Below are positions 13,836 through 59,160 of a DNA stretch of 64,000 nt, one piece after another. Origin of the DNA: Vicugna vicugna. Taxonomy: Eukaryota. The stretch is taken from NCBI GenBank assembly GCA_013265495.1, contig MU063828.1, forward strand, positions 744,001 to 808,000. The letters are read 5' to 3'. A model generated the notes under the pieces. It worked only from the letters and a program-made list of their open reading frames with translations, searched no databases and had not been told where the DNA came from. Position 1 is the stretch's first letter; the number at the start of each line of letters is the position of its first letter. Position numbers and translations under genes: made by a program.

Positions 13836-14914
13836 CAAATAATAGATTTTATTTCTCATGAACAGCTTAGAAACCCAAATATGAGAAGTTTCTAAATGTA
13901 CTTTTTGTTTTGTACAGTTGGTTTTTATACTTTGGAAAAACTGAACCAGTTGGTTTGACTAACTTCTAATTAATTTTTCTATCTAGTCATTGTGAATCAA
14001 ACAGCATGGTGGGACACCCCATGGATATCTAAATTAAAAATGTAACGGCAACTTATATTTTACTGCCATCAAATATTTGCAAGCATTTTCAGTTGTAAGA
14101 TCATTGTCTTCACTCTGATACGAGAATTTATCTGGTGCTTCACGCCCATGTATCTTTATATTTTTAAGTAAGACTGATTTTATTTATATATAGTTGATAT
14201 CTTTAAACATCTTGCTAAGACAGTCTCAATAATTACTTCACTCTTTTCACTGATGCACTGAGACAAGGTAGACATACTGTAGAACTGAAACCCCCCGTGT
14301 CAGCGCTGTTTCACAGCCAGTATCTGGGACTAACTTCATAGCCAGCTTTGTGCCATATGAATGAGAAATAGCTTTTGCACATTGGACGTCTCTTAAGGGG
14401 AAACAGTGCAAACCTGCCCCAGTGAAGTCATTCATTCAAAAGTCATTATTCTCTCTCCCGACTCTCGTAAGACCCATTCACTAGGCATGTAACAGGCCAG
14501 CTTCTGATCTCCTCTGCTCTGATTTCCCCCTCCAGGTGACCTTCCCTGTGACCTCCAGCCCCTCCCAGAACGAGCTGTTCCTTCACCTGAGAAGCCCTGG
14601 GGCAGGTGGAGATGTGGATGGTCACAGTGGGGCCGTCTGTGGAGTGTGTGTGTCTAGAACCTCTGACCAGGCTTCCAAAACAGGCACTAATGTTTGACTC
14701 AGGCATGGTCTGCACTGAGGGAAAGAATGACCATTTGTCCAGCACCCACTCTGGGCCAGGAACGGTATTCTCTGCTACTGGCCTTAGTGTTACCTGGTTT
14801 TTGGAGCAGAGACTCCCTGGGGGCATAGACATGAGTGCTTTTAGTCTCTCTGCCAGCCCTTTAGAGGCACTTCATGCCTCCTGTGCAAAGCCAGTGCCCT
14901 CCAGTTTGCCCTTT

Positions 14915-15131
14915 CTTTTTTTTTTTTAACATTTTTTATTGATTTATAGTCATTTCACAATGTTGTGTCAAATTCCAGTGTTCAGCACAATTTTTCAGTC
15001 ATTCATGGACATATACACACTCATTGTCATGTTTTTTTCTCTGTGAGTTATCATAACATTTTGTGTATATTTCCCTGTGCTATACAGTATAATCTTGTTT
15101 ATCTAGTCTACAATTTTGAAATCCCAGTCTT
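14915..15131 (-). mobile_element. 5'-truncated young camelid-type L1 3' end
   Basis: Poly-T then aacattttttattgatttatagtcatttcacaatgttgtgtcaaattccagtg...aattttgaaatcccagtct. Confidence 0.75.
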
Positions 15132-16644
15132 CAGTCCTCACAGCTCTCCTTTGAGGTAGAAATATTCCTCCCACCCAAAGATAAGGACCTGGTGGGTGGG
15201 TGGGGTGTAAAGTTGGTTTATCTAAGCTCACACTGTCCGCCTCATTCCAGGGCGTCCAGTTGGGATGTTCTTTCCATGACATCAGAGCTGCAGCAGACAG
15301 AGAGTCTGCATGGAAATTAGCAGGTTCACTTCATTTGGCAATTATCTGGTTAATTTTGATCAATGCAGCGCTAAGGATCTTAGTGGGGTATTTCCCATGT
15401 ATAGCTTCATCTACCCCTAATATTATTTACTTCTCCATCCTCAGCATCAGTGTGGCTCTGCACATGTGCTGCCCGGGAAGCTGTTATCTGTCAAACTGCC
15501 CCCATCCCCCTGGTGGGTAATAAGAATTCAACTTTTATTTGGAGCAAAAGTTCCCAGGGGGTCACATGGCCCAATAACAAAGGATTGTGATTTCTTACTG
15601 GTTTAATAGCATCTCTTTTGTAATCCCGAATGTACTCTGTTTTAATTGGATTTGTTAAAGGAACAGAGGGAATAGGTGCCTTACAGTTAAAATAAAATAT
15701 TAAGATTATTAGTTTAACAGGCTAGAAACGCCTTGTTCATCAACCAACACATTCAAAGCGCACAGAGCAACCTTGATTCCCAGGAAAGCGAAGAACCAGA
15801 GTCAGTCCTGGCACCTTTAAATCCCAAGAGGTGAGCATTAAGTCAGTTTCAGCCAGCATGGTTTAAGCACCGCTATGGCCAGACAGGTGTGACTGGATTT
15901 TTCTCCTCACAGCCACGGCCTCCCTTGCAGACAGGGAAGCCGGGATCAGAGAAGTGGCTCGACAGGGCAAGAAGCACAGGGGCTCGAGACCCACGTGGGC
16001 TGCCGCCCAGCTCCTCGTTTATTGTCCACTGACCCTGGCCAGTCTGCAGAGCGTCACTGAGCTTCAGCCCCCACTTCTGTAAATAGGACAATAAAAAGTG
16101 GCTGCTTCTGAAGGGCAGGGTGAGGGTGAGCAACTGTGTGTCAGGGCGAGGGGAGGTGTGGGGAGCAGCAGCGGCGGGGACTGGACTGATACATCATAAC
16201 TGATGACAGTGGAGCCAGGACGCCAGGATTCCAGTGGGTTAGAAACACATAGCACAGCGTCCTTACTTACTGGGGCATCCGTGTCTTCCGGGTGGAGACA
16301 CTGGGTTACTTTATCTGGAGAACAAGGACATTGCCCCCCAGGATGGCAGAGTAGGGGGCAGTTCTCAAGTGCTCTGTGCTTTGTGCATTCTTTCTGTACC
16401 ATGACCCCATGTGGCCTCAGGGAGAGCCTGCTAAGGGGTGGACCTGGTGCCGAATCTGGTGCACACGCTGGTGCACCTCGGCGGTGTGCACTGGTGGATA
16501 CCCCAGTGGGGTTCCCCTGTCTGCTGTGGGACAGCTCCCAGCTCCGAGAAAGGCTTTGCTGGAAACTCGCCCACCTGTCAACTTCCTGAAGGGGAGCCCT
16601 GAGCACCAACTCTAAAGGAGCAGCCGAATTTCCTGTGGTTCTTT

Positions 16645-17010
16645 GGAGTTCATTCATTCATTAACAGTGTGCATTGGATAACGACTATGAATGAGGTGCT
16701 TATTTATGCAACAAGCACAATAAAGGCCCTGCTCACATCCTATAAGAGGAGATGAACCAGAGCAGACAAACATAACACCAGGTGCCATGAGTGCCAGGAA
16801 GAGAAAGAACTGGGACAAGAGAGAGAGTGTTGTGGGGAGACGTGCTCTTTTGGAGACGTGACCAGGAAGGGCCTCTTTGACCAGAAGACGTCTGAGCAGA
16901 GACAGAAGTGAGGATGCAGGGAGGGTGTTTCAGACAGAGGGAAGGCCAGATGGAAAGGCTCCAGGCTCCATGTCAGAGGGGAGGGGAGGGACAGCCGGAG
17001 GGCAGGGGAA
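16645..17010 (-). mobile_element. L2 3' fragment
   Basis: tcattcattca tail followed by typical L2 motifs (gggaagggcctct...gagcagagac...gtttcagacagaggga). Confidence 0.65.
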
Positions 17011-17018
17011 GGAGGGGA

Positions 17019-17150
17019 NNNNNNNNNNNNNNNNNNNNNNNNNNNNNNNNNNNNNNNNNNNNNNNNNNNNNNNNNNNNNNNNNNNNNNNNNNNNNNNNNN
17101 NNNNNNNNNNNNNNNNNNNNNNNNNNNNNNNNNNNNNNNNNNNNNNNNNN
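17019..17150. other. Assembly gap (132 N)
   Basis: N run after a G/A-rich tract. Confidence 1.
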
Positions 17151-18074
17151 GCCGTGTTTTTCAAATGATACTTAGCTGTTGTGAGAAAGTCCCCAGGACA
17201 TGTCAAACCAAGGAGAGAAGGCCCGTGCCTACACTTCCCCCAAAGTGACCACAGACAGGACAGGGTCTCTTCACTCTAATTTCTACCTGAGGCAGCCCCT
17301 TGCTCTCTTGAATCTCCAGCAAACTTGGCCGCGCTGGAGTGGTGACAGCGGGGAGTGGTACGCAGCCCCGGCAGCTGCCCTTGTCTCCCTCCACAGAGGT
17401 CCTCTCAGAGCCAGCAGGTCGGCCACCACCCTGAAAACCCTCAGTCAAGCACGGACGACTGTGGTATCAGAACCGCGTAGCCTTTTACACGTGGGTGACA
17501 GCAGTGCAGTGCCATGTCGGGGAGGATGCTTATGTAAACCCCAGCTAATGGGTCCCCATCTAGAACGGAAGGGCGCTGGAAGGACCACGGTCTCATTTTT
17601 AAAGGGATACTTCAGGTGAAAGGAAAAGGGTGCAAAAGGATAGTTCGGGGGTCTTTGTATATAAGGCACTTGTCTTTCAAAAACGCTGCGACTTCTAATC
17701 TTAACGTTTTTCTGTAGAAATATTTTCTAAATTCAAATTTCCCTTTCCTCCTTGAGTCTTTATCAGGCTTATTTAAAGTTTTTATTGAAGCATCTGAGGC
17801 CATCATCAATAAGACAGACCCCTTTTCTGATGACTTTGGGCACAGAGATATAACTTGTCAGGAAGGGTGCAAGCAAAGGCAGTACAACAGACGGCACTTT
17901 GTTTAGAACAGGGCAGCTCTTTGGCATGTTCCAAATAGGGATGGAGCCCTTCTATTAGCCATTTTGTCTGCTCCTTTCCTGTTATGTATAAAGTACTCAA
18001 TAGAAGCCAGGCACCCAGGCGGTGGAGAATGTGGAGGCTTTGAGGCCACTGGAACTGGACTCCATCCACACCTT

Positions 18075-18215
18075 CACTGCCAACCTGGTTTTAATCATGA
18101 GCTCAGTTTACTGATCTGCAAAATGGGTTAGAAAGTTGCAGGTTGCTGTGAAGAGTCAATGAGGTGATGGCTACGTTAAGTGACTAGTGTGCACTGGGCA
18201 CTCAGTGAATGGTAA
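18075..18215 (+). mobile_element. MIR SINE
   Basis: gctcagtttactgatctgcaaaatggg...gttgctgtgaagagtcaatgaggtgat. Confidence 0.65.
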
Positions 18216-20904
18216 TCTGGTACCCGGTACCTTTATGATGGTAAATAACACTGATAGATTTCACCAAACAGCACCATATTGAGAGGCTCCCTCAAATCAG
18301 TAGCCCCGAGACCCTCCCTATTGGTCATTAATCCCAGATGTAGGATTCGTGGAACAGTCTTTGCTGATCCCCAAGCAGAAAAGTCTTTGCAACCTTTTAA
18401 GCACGATTAGTAATGATAGTAATAAGAAAAGAAAGTAGCTTGTCCAAAGTCACACAGACTTGAAGTAGGGGCACCTTCCTTTCCCCATGATACCTGTTGT
18501 GGAAATAGGGACGTGAGGCATGTGTTCTAGTGTGTTCCATGACCAGTCCCTCCTTGGAAGGCCCAGCCCAGCCTAGGACTCCACCGCGTGTCAGTGGATT
18601 CCAGTGTTCGGAATCACTTGCAGAAAGGGTTTGCGTCCAGACTTCTCAAAAGACAGACTATGCTCTAAGCTCCAGCACAGTCAGCAGTCACTGAGTGACA
18701 TCTGCTGCTGAAGTCACCTTCACGGGCTTCGGCCCTCCTGGCTGGCCGAGCATTGCAGTTTCCTTACAGGGGTAACTGGGTGGGTGGAGGAGCAGTTCCA
18801 ACACTGGTCTCCACCTCCTTGTGGTGCCACAAACGCTCCAGGACACTCAGACTTTGGAAAGATCATTAGAAAGTGTGACCCAAAGCCCCACGGACTCCCA
18901 CACTAACCTCACGAGCTGGGCCGAGGACACCAGGCTGGCCACCCTCTCCCCAACCCCTGCTAGCTGCCCTTCCTGCCTGGGTCTCCGGGCCAGCTCCGTC
19001 CTCTCCTGAATAATGAATTAGCCAGTGGCGGTGGCGTCTGGGGGTTGTAAATAAAGCACACCAGGAGAACTGGCATTTTCAAAGTTGCTTACTCAAAGGA
19101 GGAGAGAAAAAAAGTTTGAAGGGGTCGTAGTGTGGCAGAGTTAAAAGTAAAATAAATGCAATTAGAGGAAAACTTACCCTGCTGGTCTCAGTTCCTCTTC
19201 CTCAATGGTGAAACTTTGTCACCAGGCAACAAGAGGCTTGGGATCTGGAGTTCATTAGCATAATCTGACGCCAGCCTGCAAGGTGAAAGAACACAGTGCT
19301 GACAGGTCTCCAGGACACTCAGACTCCCAGCAGGCCAGCTTGCTTCCCACGCAGAGGGAGGCCAGCTCTGGGGTCGCTGGGACTCTTGCCATGGGCTTGC
19401 TCCTGGCTTCCCCCAGCCTGCCGTGGGGGTTGCAGTATCAGCAGGGCTGCTTTTCTTGGAGACCGCAGGCAGTGCATGTTGCTAACAGAGGGGAAAGAGC
19501 CACGTTTGCCTCTTGGAAGGAAAAAATATCTTCTATAGCATTGAGTCTCATGAAACATCATAGACTTCCCTGTAATTTGGCCCCCATATTTCTTTCTTGC
19601 CCTTTGGTTTTTGAGAGGGGGCCGTCTTTCATCTCTTTATTTATTTGAATTTAATTTTTTCTTGAGGTTTTCTCTTTTACACCCCTTTTTCGCTATTAGA
19701 TCAGAGTGACCACTGCTCATAAAAATCAGACATTCTACAACAATTTTTTATTCATTAATATTACATCATTCAGTGCTGATACGTAGTTTCCAAGCTCGAC
19801 ATTTTGAATGAATGTGCAATTATGAATCTCGTGGACCATGCTTTTCCTATTTTTTCCAATTTGGCACTATCATGAATAAGGCTGCAATGAATGTATTAAG
19901 GCATTTATAGTATTTTTGTTCATTTTTTCCCTTTAAATTCCAAGAAATTGAAAAATTTGGCAAAAAAGGTTAAATGTTAAAATTATTATGCAAATAATAA
20001 GATAACATTGTAGAAAAGTTAGAAATGCATATATAGAAGTAAAAAAATAAAAATACTTATTATTTTGAATAATGCCCAGGTTGAATTAAAAAATAAATAA
20101 TTAGCAAATAAATACTATGAAATGCAAAATTAACCCAAGCAATAAAATGTTGAAAGTACAAAAAAGCAAAATGAAAAATTTTTAATTAAAAAATAAAAAT
20201 ATAATAAATCTTTAAATTAGAAATATAGTTAACTATTAAAATTTTAAATATGTGAACACCAGCACTGTACTATTTAATCCAAAACTAAATAAAACAGATC
20301 ATTTACTTTAGACAATAATTGGATTTAAAATAATGAACAAATGAAGATAAGTAGAAAATTAAAAATTACCTGGAATCCTACAACTTAGTACATTTCTAAT
20401 GAGAACATTCAAAAAGCACATAAATTAGGAAATAAGTAATATGAAAATTATAAGTACAGATAAGCCAAAAGGAAAATCAGTATTTTAAGGGAGAAAATAT
20501 ATGAGATGATAAATACATTTTAAAATGCAGATATGTGAAACCTTATAAAAATTAAAGCCACTCAACGCATTTGGAGGTAACTTCCTGCTGAATACCCTTC
20601 CAGACTTTTCATGCGTCTACAGCATCAAGTTCATGGCGTAAGTGTGCAGTAATAATTTGGTAATTTTGCTAATGTTCATTTTTAATGCTAAATATACCCA
20701 GGTTTATCAAGTAACATCTCTCTAATCCAGCCAGATCCAAGATTTTAGTTGTCGATTTTTATTTGCTTTTGTTTTCTTTTCCCCTTGAAAAGTACTTGGA
20801 AAGTACTTGTCTTCAGAGTCAGGGCCCAGGGTTAAGGTAGGGTTAAGGTGTGGTCCGGCAGGTGCCCCCCCCCCACACACAGACAGATGTGGCCAGACAG
20901 ATGT

Positions 20905-21020
20905 GATCAGCTCTGTTTGAGGGATGAGGTAACAGCAGTTCAAACAGCCAAGTGGTGGGGGCAGGATTTGAACCCAGGTTCTGTTGACTCCAAAGCCCGT
21001 GCTCTTTCCCACCCTGCTTC
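20905..21020 (-). mobile_element. MIR SINE
   Basis: gtggggcaggatttgaacccaggttctgttgactccaaagcccgtgctcttt. Confidence 0.7.
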
Positions 21021-23372
21021 CCCTAGACCTTAGGGGGCACTTTGGAAAGCCAAGAGCCATCTCTGGTACCTTGTTTAATCTAAAACTTACACTATAATGA
21101 TGGAACAGCACAGTATATCAACTCTTAAATACTTTTAATCATCAGATAGTTACAAAATTCACATACACCATTCCAAGAGGTCTGTAACTGCCTTCAGACG
21201 AACATGATTTAAGAAAAAAAATTTTTTTAAAAGAGAACTCACCTTTGGTTAGGTGTCTGGGCACTGCTGGTAATGGCGTCTTTTTCTGATGGTCATGAAG
21301 TGATGGGTGTTCCTTGGAGCTCATAGCTGATGAAATGAGGAAGGGGATGTGAATTGCCTTTATCTTCTGCATACCATTCCGCCGGGTGGCAATGTCACAA
21401 AAGACCACAGGTAATATTCTAGAACTCTTTCCAAAAGGAGAAAATAAAACCAGAGGCTGTCTCTCATTTCCAGGACCCTAAGAGGCACATTTTGCTCCCC
21501 TATTCCCACTCTGCTGTCAGCTTTCTGAAATAAAGTAGCAAGATTAGCAGGCTTTGCTGTACCAACTCCACAGCCTTGGAGCTCAGCCCCACAGCCTCAG
21601 GAAGGCTCCTTTTCAAGGTGGTGACCCTCACTGTCTCCAGCCTGGGCTCTGCCCTTGTTCATAGCCTTCAAAGTAGCCTGCCTCCTGGAACGGGGGTCGG
21701 TGGCAGGCTCACAGACAGGGCAGGACTACCGGATCTTCACTTGAGCCTTTGCAAGCTAAAGCAGTAAGTGTGACCAGGTTTTGCCTGCTTCTTCTTCTTA
21801 TGGTTATTGTTTGCCTGGATAAAATGGACCAAAAAGATGATTTCTCTACTTGGGGGAAGAGGTGAGCTCCAGCCTGGGAGTTGCTTGCTGTTTATAGAAA
21901 ATCTGCCAAGGAAGGTCTTGAATGAGGAGGGGTGGGGAGCCTGGACAGATGCTGTGACAGCGGCACTGTGATGGGAAGATAAAGAGACTCTGCCCCTTCT
22001 GGGGCACACGAAGGCCTGAAGGACCCTGGCGCAGTGGGCGGAACGTACAGTGCACGAGGGGGCGGGGTCCGTGGGGGAACGCCCAGGACTTAGGCAGTGG
22101 GCGTGGCTGGAGAGAGGCGTGGCCTGGCTCCGTCTGGTGGAACCTCTTGAGCAAGGACCTGGTTTGGGGAGTTGAGGGAGAGTCTCAGGGAGACAGAGGC
22201 GGAAAGAGCACAGAGCTGGAAAAGGAACCAGGGGACATCACACAGGTTGAGGAACCAGACTCTACAAACCCCTGCTAGCAGAAGGGGCGTTTCACGCGCA
22301 GACGATTCCTTCCTCCTCTCCCTCCCTGATACTGCCTCTTGTGTGCTTCTAATCTCTTCCCTACCACAGCGGTCGAAAATGACCTTTTTTGGTTTGATTT
22401 GTGGTTCTTCATTGTATTGGTAGAAACGTGTATCGTACATCTGTACAGCCTCTTTAGAGGACCATTTGGCAATGTGTAGTGAACTTGAAAGTGCTCATCC
22501 TTTTTAGCCGAGAAGTACCGTTGCCAGAAATGTGACTCATGGGTAGGCTCACAAAGATTCAAATCATGAAATCGTTATGAGATGTAACGATTTCCATCTC
22601 ATAAATCACTGAGATGTATGTCCAGAGGGGATCACAGAAGCCTCATTGGTGAGGACAGAGCCCAGCACAGGGGCAGGCTCAGCCACTTCCCATCCAGGTG
22701 TGCGGTGAGGTCTTGCTACCGCGGCCACAGGGCGACTCGAGCCGCCCCCACCAAGGCGTTGGGCAGCGGAGCAGGGCGGAGACCCGCGCACATGAGATGG
22801 TCCCATGTATCAAAAAAAAAAAATTGCTTTTACACTCTGTTACCATATAGACAGGCCTATGGCTAAAACTTTTCTGGAAACTCATCTGTGGATACTTCTT
22901 GAGTGGGGGCAATACTTGGTAACTATTATTTCATATTTCATGACCTTCCATTGCATTTGCATTTTTTAACCACGCACATAGATTCACATGTATTATATTC
23001 GTATATAATACATTCTACTCACATGTATTTTGTTCAAATGGCCAAAGAAGATTATGATGTGGCTGTGGGAAATCCAGTGTTGAGGGTGTGAGGCCCCGGT
23101 GCCTGCTTCTGCAAGGCCATGGGACTTCTCTGGGGGCCACACTTCAGGCAGCAGTGAATTCTGGCATCACCTGAGAGCCATGGTGGCTGCAAGGACCCAA
23201 CCTTCAATAGGGCAGGGTCGGGGCAAGAAGAGCTCGGGCAGTAATCTGTGGGTCCTGAGAAGTCTGTGGCTCTCCTGGAGGCCCTGGAACCTCAAAGCTC
23301 CAGAAAGTCCCACCTCTCCCCCCGATCATGCCTTGAGATATTTTGTCACCAGTATTGTTTTCTGTTCCACAG

Positions 23373-56861
<33,489 letters not shown>

Positions 56862-57270
56862 GAAGAGAGAGCCAGTGGAGGTCCTGGCACGGCAGCTGGG
56901 TGCCCCAAGGGGCAGCAGCACCAGGTGGAAGACGGGGAAGCAGAGCCTGAGGCAGAAAGGAAACCCCCAGGGCCTCCCTTCCTCCTGGTCCCCGAGGACG
57001 GGGCGGCTGGCCACCAGAGCCCCACACCTGGAGCCCCCTCTATGGCCGTAGGACTTGACCTTGGCCTTGGCGCTGCACAAGGATGCGCTTCTACAAAACC
57101 GATCTGTGCGCGCACCCGGGGCCTGCGAACAGCGTGCTGGAAACCGTGGCTTACAGGTGCCCACGGGCACACAAAATCACATGACTCATCTTTTTGAGGG
57201 CTTGTTGCACTGAAAAAACATTGAGTGGCTTACTGGAAACTAATGGGAAGGCCTAGGTTGTCTTTATTTT

Positions 57271-57276
57271 ATTAAA
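57271..57276 (+). terminator. WDFY4 polyadenylation signal ATTAAA
   Basis: ATTAAA in a U-rich context about 410 nt after the stop codon, followed by ctgttttc. Confidence 0.65.
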
Positions 57277-58816
57277 ACAACTGTTTTCCAAATGCAAGAG
57301 GGCTCTTGAGTTGAAAATTGCCCCCCTTTCCCACTGAGGCATTTGGAGCCCCTCACTCAGGCAGGAAGGCCTCAGGGAAGCACAGCCCACCTTCGAAGTG
57401 TGCCTCAGCCCCTCCGTCTCCCTCAGTGGAATCGGGCTTCTCCCGTGTCTTGTCCGCCATGCAGGGGTTCTCGGGGAGGGGTCCTCACTCAGGAGGCCCC
57501 GCTTCCATGGCTGAGGCTCAGGATGTGGAAGGCATAGGCAAGTCAGCTGGAAGGAAGACCCCGCCTAGGGTGCCTGTGCCCGTCTCTGCTTCCTGCAGTG
57601 GGCGGCGGTGGGTCCCGGCCGGCCTCAGGGGTTTCCCAGGGACCCGTTCTTACAAGGTAAAGAGCCCCAGTCCACGTGCTGATTTGGAGTTGCAGCTCAT
57701 CCTGGGAAAATCTGGACTGCCATGAGACATTTGTTCTCCATCTGAAAATAACATGGCAGGTGGGTGGTTGGCCCTGCAGAGGAATTCTAGTACCTTCTAG
57801 TGCCTGAGTCACTCTCCAGTCATTGGTTCATTGGACACCGGACATTGGTTCAGTCATTGGACATTGAAGACATCACCCTCATTCTAACGTCTCTCTCCAC
57901 CCCCAGCCTTTCAGACCCTTGAAAAGAAATTCACCTGCATCTTCAATGAAATCCAGCCAAAGTGGGTGCACAGGGATATGGGGGGGAGTGACACTTTTTA
58001 GCTGTAACTCCTTCCCTGAAACTTTCCTTCAAGAGAACACAATCCTTCCAGTATGTCTCGAAGCCCTGCAGAGGCCCCGGTGGCTGGCCCACGCCAGTTT
58101 AGCTCAGGCCTGGGGATGGCCAAAAAAAAAGGACTCAGTGTCTTAATGGCTTGGGCGATCTGGCCTCAGCTGGTGAGTTGTGGGTGCACAGGGAGTCAAG
58201 GTAAAGACAAATATGAAGGAAGAAGAGGTGGTATATCTATGTCAAAAATAGTGAGTGAAGGCTGGTTAGAAAATAGTGCTCTACCTGTCAGCTTGGAGGT
58301 CTCTGCAGAGGGCACCCTGGAAGAGGAGGCGCATCTCAGGTCCGCGCAGCCCTCCCTGGGTGAGAAGGGCGCACGTCTGACCCCAGGGCCAAGGATCACA
58401 CCACCTCCGGCACTGTCTGCATGTGCTATTAGCAGACAACCCATTTGCAATCCCCTAGTCCGTCTGGGGCTGCACCGGAGGACCATAAATGGAAGAGCAG
58501 AGAGCACCCCTCCCCAGGAAGGCCAAGAAGCAGGGTCGTAAATATCGAGGGTCTGCCGTCATGTTTCCAAACGCAATTCCCAGCGTTTACTCCGCGCTGA
58601 AAGGGCTGCTGGCCCGAAGGCCATCTTGAGCTCACTGATTCAACCAGCATCGCCTGAGCACTGCCTCTTGCATCCCCGTATCACAGGAAAAATGGGGGGA
58701 TGGAGTCGGGTCTTGTTGCTGGGGGCTTGGGGCTCAGATGTTTGTGCAGAAAAATGTGACATGAGGTGGAAAGGCTAAAGAGAGACTTCTCGTGCCCTAC
58801 AGAGTGACATCCTGGC

Positions 58817-59160
58817 TGTGGTGGTTCGCTAGGGCAGCCAGAGCAAAGTACCGCAGGCTGGGGCTGGCAGTCTGAGATGAACGTGTCCGCGGGGCTGGTT
58901 CCTTCTGAGACCACTCTACTTGGCGTATTGATGGTCCCCTTCTCCCTGTGTCTTCACATGGTTTTCCTTTGTACCCGTTTGTGCTGAATTTCCCCTTCTT
59001 AGAAGGACATTAGTCCTACTGGATTAGGACCCATGCACAGGACCTCATTTCACCTTAATTGTCTCCTTAAAGATGTTCTCCAAATACAGTCACATTCTGA
59101 GGTCCTGGGGATTCAGACTTCAGTGTATGGTCTTGGGGGAAGACAGTTCAACCCATGACA
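58817..59160 (-). mobile_element. MLT1A-like ERVL-MaLR solo LTR
   Basis: tgtggtggttcgctagggc...ctccaaatacagtcacattctgaggt...ttcaacccatgaca, with TG...CA ends and 5-bp flanks ctggc/ctgac (degenerate TSD). Confidence 0.88.

Noticed and set aside
56862-57300. FYVE domain exon implied by the gene name
   Set aside because: No WxxD, R(R/K)HHCR or RVC motifs were recognised. WDFY4 is known to lack a true FYVE domain.
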